64,000 bases of DNA, taken from positions 224,001-288,000 of the forward strand of contig CAVSGI010000009.1 in NCBI GenBank assembly GCA_963727445.1. The letters run 5' to 3'. This DNA is from an uncultured delta proteobacterium (GTDB taxonomy: Bacteria > Myxococcota_A > Polyangia > Polyangiales > B10-G4). Shown here in pieces: positions 58,258 to 64,000 of this stretch. The position numbers and the translations under genes are program-made. Within the stretch, counting starts at the first letter, position 1; each line of letters opens with the position of its first letter. A model generated the notes under the pieces. That model was not told the origin of the DNA, ran no database searches, and worked only from the letters and a program-made list of their open reading frames with translations.

Positions 58258-60958
58258 TGGCCATCTCCTCTTCCGCGTCTTCCGATTCGGGCGAGGCGCG
58301 AGCCGCGGCCCTGCGCTCCAGGAGGTTCGCGGCCAGCGCCGTCCATCCGGTCTGATGACTGGCGCCCATGCCGCGCCCGTCGTCGCCATCGAAGTACTCG
58401 TGGAAGAGGACCAGATCGCGGCACGCCGGGTCGCCCTCGTGGAGCGCGCTGCCACCGTGACAAGGCCGCTGCCCCTGCTCGTTCGGCAGGAAGAGGCGCG
58501 TCATCCGCAGCTCGATCTCCTCGGCCACCCGCCTGAGGTTCATCTTCTGACCTGAGCCGGTCGGGCACTCGACCTCGAAGGAGTCGCCGTAGAAGTGGTG
58601 GTATCGCTTGAGCGCCTCGATGAGGAGGTAGTTGAGCGGGAACCAGACGGGCCCGCGCCAGTTGGAGTTTCCTCCGAACATGTTGGTGTCCGCCTCGGCC
58701 GGCGCGTAGTGGACCTCGGCTTCGCGGCCCTCCACGCGGACCACGTAGGGATGCTCGAGGTGGACGCGCGAGAGGGAGCGGACGCCATAGGGTGAGAGGA
58801 ACTCGCTCTCGTCGAGCACGTATCCAAGGACGCGCTTCAGGCGATCGCGGGATGGGATCGCCAACAGGCGTCGTCCGGGTTGCGAGTCTCGCGCCATCAG
58901 GGATGTGCCCTGCGCCAGGTCCGGTCGATTCTCGATGAACCACGACAGGCGCTGGTCGAAGAGCGGCAGCCGGCTGAGCCTCTTCTCCTCGAGCGACTCG
59001 ACGGCGAAGAGCGGGATGATCCCCACGGCGGACCTCACCCGCAGCGGCATGGGATTTTCGTGGATGATGGCCTCGTCGTAATAGAAGCCGTCCTCCTCGT
59101 GCCAGAGGCCGTTTCCGCCGATCTCGTTCATCGCGCGGGTGATCGACACGAAGTGCTCGAAGAACTTCCAGGCGATGTCGGCGTAGACCTGATCCTCGCG
59201 CGCGAGCTCGAGCGCCATCGCCAGCAGGGTCGTGCAATAGAACGCCATCCACGCGGTGGCGTCCGCCTCCTCGAGCTCACCGACCCCGGGCAGGGGGTTA
59301 CTGCGATCGAAGACACCGATGTTGTCGAGGCCCAGAAAGCCGCCGGCGAAGAGGTTGTTTCCGTCGCTGTCCTTGCGGTTCACCCACCAGGTGAAGTTCA
59401 CCAGGCACTTTTGAAAGGCGCGCTCGAGGAAGAGCCGATCGCGCCCCCAGCCGGCCTTCGAGGAGAGCTGGTAGACGCGCCAGACGGCCCATGCGTGCAC
59501 GGGCGGGTTGACGTCGCCGAAGGAGAACTCGTACGCGGGGATCTGCCCGTTGGGGTGCATGTACCACTCGCGCCCGAGGAGCAGGAGCTGCTCTTTGGCG
59601 AACTCCGGATCGGTGCGCGCCATGGCCACGCAGTGAAACGCCAGGTCCCAGGCGGCGAACCACGGGTACTCCCAACCGTCCGGCATCGACAGGACGTCAC
59701 GCGCCCACAGGTGTCGCCACTCGTTGTCCCGTCCCGTGAGTCGCTCCTTCGGAGGCGTCGGCTGACTCGGGTCTCCTTCGAGCCAGTGATCGACGATGAA
59801 ATGGTAGAACTGGCGCGACCAGACGAGACCGGCGTCGGCCTGGCGCGCGACGAGGCGCTCCTCCGGCGTCATCGGAGTGTCGCGCTGGGATTCGTAGAAC
59901 GAGTCGGCCTCTTTCCGTCGCTGGTCGAAGGTGCGCGCGAAATCGTCGCCGAACGGAGGCGCGCTGGGACGCGCCGCGGACGTGAGGCGAGCGCGGAGGA
60001 CGACCTCGCCACCAGCCGGGATGTCGAGCCGGTACCAAGCGGCGGCTTTCGTCCCGTATTGGTCCGGGTTCACGGCATCCTCGTCACCCTCGACCACGCG
60101 GCGATGAAAGGCGTCCTTGACGTAGGTTTGCTCCGACGCCGCACCGAAGAGGCGTTGGGCGTTCGTTTCGTTGTCGGTGAAGAGGAAGGCCGGTTCGATC
60201 TCCTCCGGTCCCTCGAAGGCGAGGTGAAAGCGCCCGAGCGAAGGATGGTCGGCGCAGAGGCCCTGGGCGGTGCGCTCGATGCGCCCGCGCGGCCAGTACG
60301 CCTCGCCCTCGCGTCCCCATGCCCAGGTGTTCCGCTGCCAGAGCGTAGGCAGGAGATGCAGCGGCGCGGCCTCGGGTCCCCTGTTCGCGCAGGTGATGCG
60401 AACCAGGATGTCCTCTGGATCTGCCTTGGCGTACTCGACGTAGACGTCGAAGTAGCGCCCGTCCTCGAACACGCCGGTGTCTTCGATCTCGTACTCGGGA
60501 TCGCCGAGGCCGCGACGCCCGTTCTCTTCGCGTAGCTGCGCGTAGGGGAACTCGGCCTGCGGATACTTGTAGAGCGCGCGCGCGTAGGAGAAGGTCGGGG
60601 TGGCGTCGAGAAAGTAGTACAGCTCTTTGACGTCCTCGCCGTGGTTGCCTTCGGGGCCGGTCAGACCGAAGAGACGTTCTTTGAGGAACGGGTCCCGCTC
60701 GTTCCAAAGCGCGAGCGCGAAGCAGAGCCTGCACTCGCGGTCGGTGATGCCGAGCAGCCCGTCCTCGCCCCATCGGTACGCGCGGCTTCGCGCGTGGTCG
60801 TGCGGCAGATAGGACCAGCAATCGCCGTTCGGCGAATAGTCCTCGCGGACGGTGCCCCACTGGCGGTCGGCGAGGTACGGCCCCCAACGGCGCCAGTTGC
60901 GCTCGCGGCGCGCGTCTTCGTCGAGCCTGGCTCGCTCCGGATCGCGGGCGCCGCTCAC
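58241..60958 (-). CDS. GH63 / MGH1-like glucosidase
   Basis: WGPYL..QWGTVREDYS, MPDGWEYPWFAAWDLAFH, GASHQTGWT; GTGA overlap with the dehydrogenase stop. Confidence 0.93.
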   Translation of the reverse strand: MSGARDPERARLDEDARRERNWRRWGPYLADRQWGTVREDYSPNGDCWSYLPHDHARSRAYRWGEDGLLGITDRECRLCFALALWNERDPFLKERLFGLTGPEGNHGEDVKELYYFLDATPTFSYARALYKYPQAEFPYAQLREENGRRGLGDPEYEIEDTGVFEDGRYFDVYVEYAKADPEDILVRITCANRGPEAAPLHLLPTLWQRNTWAWGREGEAYWPRGRIERTAQGLCADHPSLGRFHLAFEGPEEIEPAFLFTDNETNAQRLFGAASEQTYVKDAFHRRVVEGDEDAVNPDQYGTKAAAWYRLDIPAGGEVVLRARLTSAARPSAPPFGDDFARTFDQRRKEADSFYESQRDTPMTPEERLVARQADAGLVWSRQFYHFIVDHWLEGDPSQPTPPKERLTGRDNEWRHLWARDVLSMPDGWEYPWFAAWDLAFHCVAMARTDPEFAKEQLLLLGREWYMHPNGQIPAYEFSFGDVNPPVHAWAVWRVYQLSSKAGWGRDRLFLERAFQKCLVNFTWWVNRKDSDGNNLFAGGFLGLDNIGVFDRSNPLPGVGELEEADATAWMAFYCTTLLAMALELAREDQVYADIAWKFFEHFVSITRAMNEIGGNGLWHEEDGFYYDEAIIHENPMPLRVRSAVGIIPLFAVESLEEKRLSRLPLFDQRLSWFIENRPDLAQGTSLMARDSQPGRRLLAIPSRDRLKRVLGYVLDESEFLSPYGVRSLSRVHLEHPYVVRVEGREAEVHYAPAEADTNMFGGNSNWRGPVWFPLNYLLIEALKRYHHFYGDSFEVECPTGSGQKMNLRRVAEEIELRMTRLFLPNEQGQRPCHGGSALHEGDPACRDLVLFHEYFDGDDGRGMGASHQTGWTALAANLLERRAAARASPESEDAEEEMAITPPG

Positions 60959-62073
60959 TCGTCCCTCGCGAAAGAGACGACGCGCTTGATGCCCGAGGAC
61001 GGACCGACGAGAAGCTCTTTCGCCTCCTCCGGCGCGAAGCGGCCGGTGATCAGCGCCGCGACCTGCTTCGGCCATCGCTGATAGAAACGAGTGAGGTCCG
61101 CTACCGAAGCCTCGAAAGCGTCGGGGCCGGCGTTCACCGTGCCGAAGACCAACTGGTTCTGGAGCACCATGTTGCGCATCAGGTCGTCGGCCTCGAGGTT
61201 GATCGGACCCTTGCGGCCGGGGACGCCAGTGAACACGAAGACGCCGTTGGTGCCCAGGATGGACAGCGCATCGAAGGACACGCTGACTGCGCCCGTCGCC
61301 TCGTAGAAGAGGTCGATGTTCCCCACGCGCTCCTTCAAGGTGGCGAGCGACGTCGACTGGCTCGAGACGTAGCGCGCCCCGACCGACTCCACCCACTGCG
61401 CCTTTTCGCTGCCCTCTGGTTCGAGGGAGTAGACCCAGGTGTCGAAGCCGCGAATCACCAGCGCCAGCGCGCCGAGGAGCCCCACCGGCCCCGCACCGAG
61501 GACCACCGCCCGCTGCCCGCGTTCGTCGCCCTCGGGCTGACCAGCCATCGTCCACGGCAGCCGCTCCTGCACGTCCCACACCTGAATGAGCGCCTTCTCC
61601 GCGATGGTCAGCGGCTCCACCAGCACGCCCACCTCCCGCAGCTCCGGAGGAAGGACGTGCATGAAGCGCTGATCGTCCACCACCCGCTCGGTCATGAAGC
61701 CGTGGCGACCGTTGATGCCGCGTTCGGTGAAGTCGCCGGTGAAGCAGAAATCCTGTCGGCCGGCGGCGCAGGAACGGCATTCGGGGTGACCGCAGGGCCG
61801 GCGCACCATCGTCACCACCAGGTCGCCGGGCTCGACGCGTGTGACGCCCTTGCCCACCTCGACGACGCGGCCGAGGGACTCGTGCCCGATCACCAGATAG
61901 TCCGACCCGGTGGGCGGCGTGCCATAATCGAAGCGCGCGATCTCGCGATCGGTGCCGCAGACTCCGACGTCCAGGATCTCGAGGAGCACGTCGGTTGCGC
62001 TCGCGAGCTCCGGCTCGGGGTGGTCGACGACTTCGATCTTCTGGTTCGCGGGAAAGACGGCGACTGCGCGCAT
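60955..62073 (-). CDS. gdh: Zn-dependent glucose 1-dehydrogenase (MDR family)
   Basis: GVCGTDREI, GHE, VRRPC..C..C..GRQDFC..ERGI, GAGPVG, GTVNA. Confidence 0.9.
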   Translation of the reverse strand: MRAVAVFPANQKIEVVDHPEPELASATDVLLEILDVGVCGTDREIARFDYGTPPTGSDYLVIGHESLGRVVEVGKGVTRVEPGDLVVTMVRRPCGHPECRSCAAGRQDFCFTGDFTERGINGRHGFMTERVVDDQRFMHVLPPELREVGVLVEPLTIAEKALIQVWDVQERLPWTMAGQPEGDERGQRAVVLGAGPVGLLGALALVIRGFDTWVYSLEPEGSEKAQWVESVGARYVSSQSTSLATLKERVGNIDLFYEATGAVSVSFDALSILGTNGVFVFTGVPGRKGPINLEADDLMRNMVLQNQLVFGTVNAGPDAFEASVADLTRFYQRWPKQVAALITGRFAPEEAKELLVGPSSGIKRVVSFARDE

Positions 62074-62124
62074 GCTGGTACCTCCAGACGTCCTCTGTAG
62101 TCGCGAGCTCGTCCGACGCCAGTG

Positions 62125-62529
62125 CTACTGCCTGATGAGGCGCGGGTAGTAGCTGCCGGCGTCCTTGACGATCTCGTCACCCTCGCGCCAGCTGTTCACC
62201 TGTGCGTGATAACCCTCGGGGGGCAGCGGCTGCATGGTGCTCATCGACAGCGCGCCTGCGCTGTGTGCATCGCCGACGGCGACCGTACCCTCGACGCCAT
62301 CGGCGGTGCGGTAGTGGATCTGCAGGTAGGGCATGTAGGTCGAGCCCACGCCCGTCTTGACCTTGATCTTCAGGACCTCGATGTGGGTGACCACCCCCGT
62401 CCAGCTCGCAGCGGTTGCTTCCCGAACGCGCTTCTGTCGCCGCCCAAGGACGAGGACCAGCGTGATGGGGACGGCGATCAAGAAGAGCATCGCCAAGACG
62501 CCCCCTGCGATTCCCAGCGCCCGTTCCAC
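62125..62529 (-). CDS. Small membrane-anchored hypothetical protein
   Basis: N-terminal TM followed by a beta-rich domain. Confidence 0.65.
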   Translation of the reverse strand: MERALGIAGGVLAMLFLIAVPITLVLVLGRRQKRVREATAASWTGVVTHIEVLKIKVKTGVGSTYMPYLQIHYRTADGVEGTVAVGDAHSAGALSMSTMQPLPPEGYHAQVNSWREGDEIVKDAGSYYPRLIRQ

Positions 62530-62587
62530 GAAGGCACGCTAACATCCAGCGAGCCCGGAGCGGCTCCGCTCAGCCGACCCGGCGTGC

Positions 62588-63538
62588 TCAGCGACAGGAG
62601 AGCATGACGTCCGGCTCGCGGCGGTGGGGATAGCTGAGAACGGTTCCGTACTCGAAGGCGCCGCCCACCACGTCGAAGGTCACCGTGCCGTCCGTGGTTC
62701 CCTGATGGCCGGTCGTGTAGGTGATGGCCCAGTCGCCCAGCACCATGCTCTGGCCCGTCACCGGATGCGTGGCCGAGACGTCCACCAATCGCGTTGGGAG
62801 GGCGTCCGTGTTCGAGGTGAGGTTCGAGATCTGACCGGAGGGCGATTCGATGTGCCAGACCAGCGCGGCACCGTGCTTCTCTTCGTCGACTTCGATCACG
62901 GTCTGTAGCTGAAGACCGCCGAGGCGTGCGGCGATCTCGTCGGTGTCGATCTCGATCGTCCCCGACTCCGCGCTGATCCCGAGGAGCTCCGCGAGCGGGG
63001 CGGTGCCGCCGAAGTCCACCGTGAGGTTGGTGGCGGTGTGACCGGTGAGGTCGACGGACGCCGACGCCGTGACGGTGAACTCGGTGAACCAGTTGGCCGG
63101 ATCGAAGAGGTCGTAGGGGATCACGTCACCGGCTTCGCCGAAGGACGTCGCCTCGGAGAGGTGGACCGACATGCGCATCACGCCGGAGGTGTAGATCCCG
63201 TCGCCTTCGTAGGTGAAGGAGCCCGGATGGCCATCCGATCCGGCGGCGACGTCGACCAGAAGAAAGATGAGGTTGTTGACGAAGCCCTGGGCGAGCTGGC
63301 CGCAGGTGACGAGCTCGGAGATGCTGTCGCGAAAGCCGCGGGCGACGTCGAGGTTCAGCTCCACGGTCGCGGGATCGAGGCCGGCGGTGCAGGTCTCGAG
63401 ACCGGGGTGGCCGTCCATCTCGAGCGCGTCGACGGGCGGGTCGGTGTTCGGCTCGTCGTTCGGATCCGGCGGATTGATGGTCTGACAGCCGGCGAGAAGA
63501 ACGACGGAAAGGGCGAGATTCGAGGCAAGAAAGCGCAT
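62588..63538 (-). CDS. Hypothetical beta-rich lipoprotein
   Basis: Lipobox LAGC; 316-aa ORF. Confidence 0.78.
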   Translation of the reverse strand: MRFLASNLALSVVLLAGCQTINPPDPNDEPNTDPPVDALEMDGHPGLETCTAGLDPATVELNLDVARGFRDSISELVTCGQLAQGFVNNLIFLLVDVAAGSDGHPGSFTYEGDGIYTSGVMRMSVHLSEATSFGEAGDVIPYDLFDPANWFTEFTVTASASVDLTGHTATNLTVDFGGTAPLAELLGISAESGTIEIDTDEIAARLGGLQLQTVIEVDEEKHGAALVWHIESPSGQISNLTSNTDALPTRLVDVSATHPVTGQSMVLGDWAITYTTGHQGTTDGTVTFDVVGGAFEYGTVLSYPHRREPDVMLSCR

Positions 63539-63655
63539 ATGGACCTACAGACGGCGGCGCCGTCCCCGCATTCTAGCGCGTGCGGCGAAAGCCCGGGTCG
63601 ACATCGCGTCAGCGCCCTTGGTCCCTCCTCGGTCGCTCTGGCACCATCCGCCGCC

Positions 63656-64000
63656 ATGACCGAATCGATCACCCTCTACGGCTTCGGCGACGTGGACCGG
63701 AGCGGAAAAGTGCGATGGCTCGCGAACGAGCTCGGCCTCGAGGTGAAAGAGGAGCGGGTGAAGCTCGGCGAGCACAGAAAGCCGCCCTACACCGAGCTCA
63801 ACCCGATGAAGCAGGTTCCCACGGTGGTCTTTCGCGGCGACACGCTGATCGAGAGCACCGCCGCCTGCCAGACCATCGCGGAGGCGTTCACCGATCCGAA
63901 GCTGTGGCGCGGGCCGGGCGACGAAGGGCGCCGCGAGTATCTCTTCTGGATCTCCGCGTGCGCCGAGACCCTCGAGGGGCGCCTGGTCGAAGCGACGCTC
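63656..64000 (+). CDS. Glutathione S-transferase (5' part; runs off the window)
   Basis: Manual translation: MTESITLYG..RSGKVRWLANELGL..LNPMKQVPT..LIESTA. Confidence 0.9.
   Translation, partial: MTESITLYGFGDVDRSGKVRWLANELGLEVKEERVKLGEHRKPPYTELNPMKQVPTVVFRGDTLIESTAACQTIAEAFTDPKLWRGPGDEGRREYLFWISACAETLEGRLVEATL

Noticed and set aside
58241..61780. 1179-aa GH63 with a long N-terminal extension
   Set aside because: The extension is an off-frame read of gdh; the real start is most likely GTG 60958

Overview
High-GC, gene-dense bacterial chromosomal window. The gene content (MYXO-CTERM protein, AglS/ExbD- and GltJ/AgmX-like gliding proteins, Hanks kinase, many Cys-rich lipoproteins with Asp-Ala/Gly linkers) points to Myxococcota, probably Polyangiales/Sandaracinaceae-like. 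About 56 CDS were read. Main blocks: a di-heme peroxidase; a MacAB-type exporter; many secreted lipoproteins and peptidases; a LuxR module; an SRPBCC-DUF1214-sulfotransferase-SDR operon; DeaD; a hybrid kinase; cls/mscS/APC; a 9.6-kb operon encoding a caa3 oxidase together with a Rieske/cytochrome b-c complex and CtaG-FesM; a Zn glucose dehydrogenase with a GH63 glucosidase; and a GST at the right edge. No tRNA, rRNA, CRISPR or transposase was seen. Best leads: (1) two divergent paralogous lipoproteins with an unannotated gingipain/caspase-like His-Cys dyad, each behind a sigma54-like promoter; (2) two inverted copies of a structured palindromic element (35375-35694) whose stems differ but whose loop motifs are conserved; (3) a second pair of paralogous lipoproteins sharing an undescribed Cys-patterned domain; (4) three apparent single-base insertions, two of which create false gene fusions. 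All calls are by eye from motifs; no database search was run.
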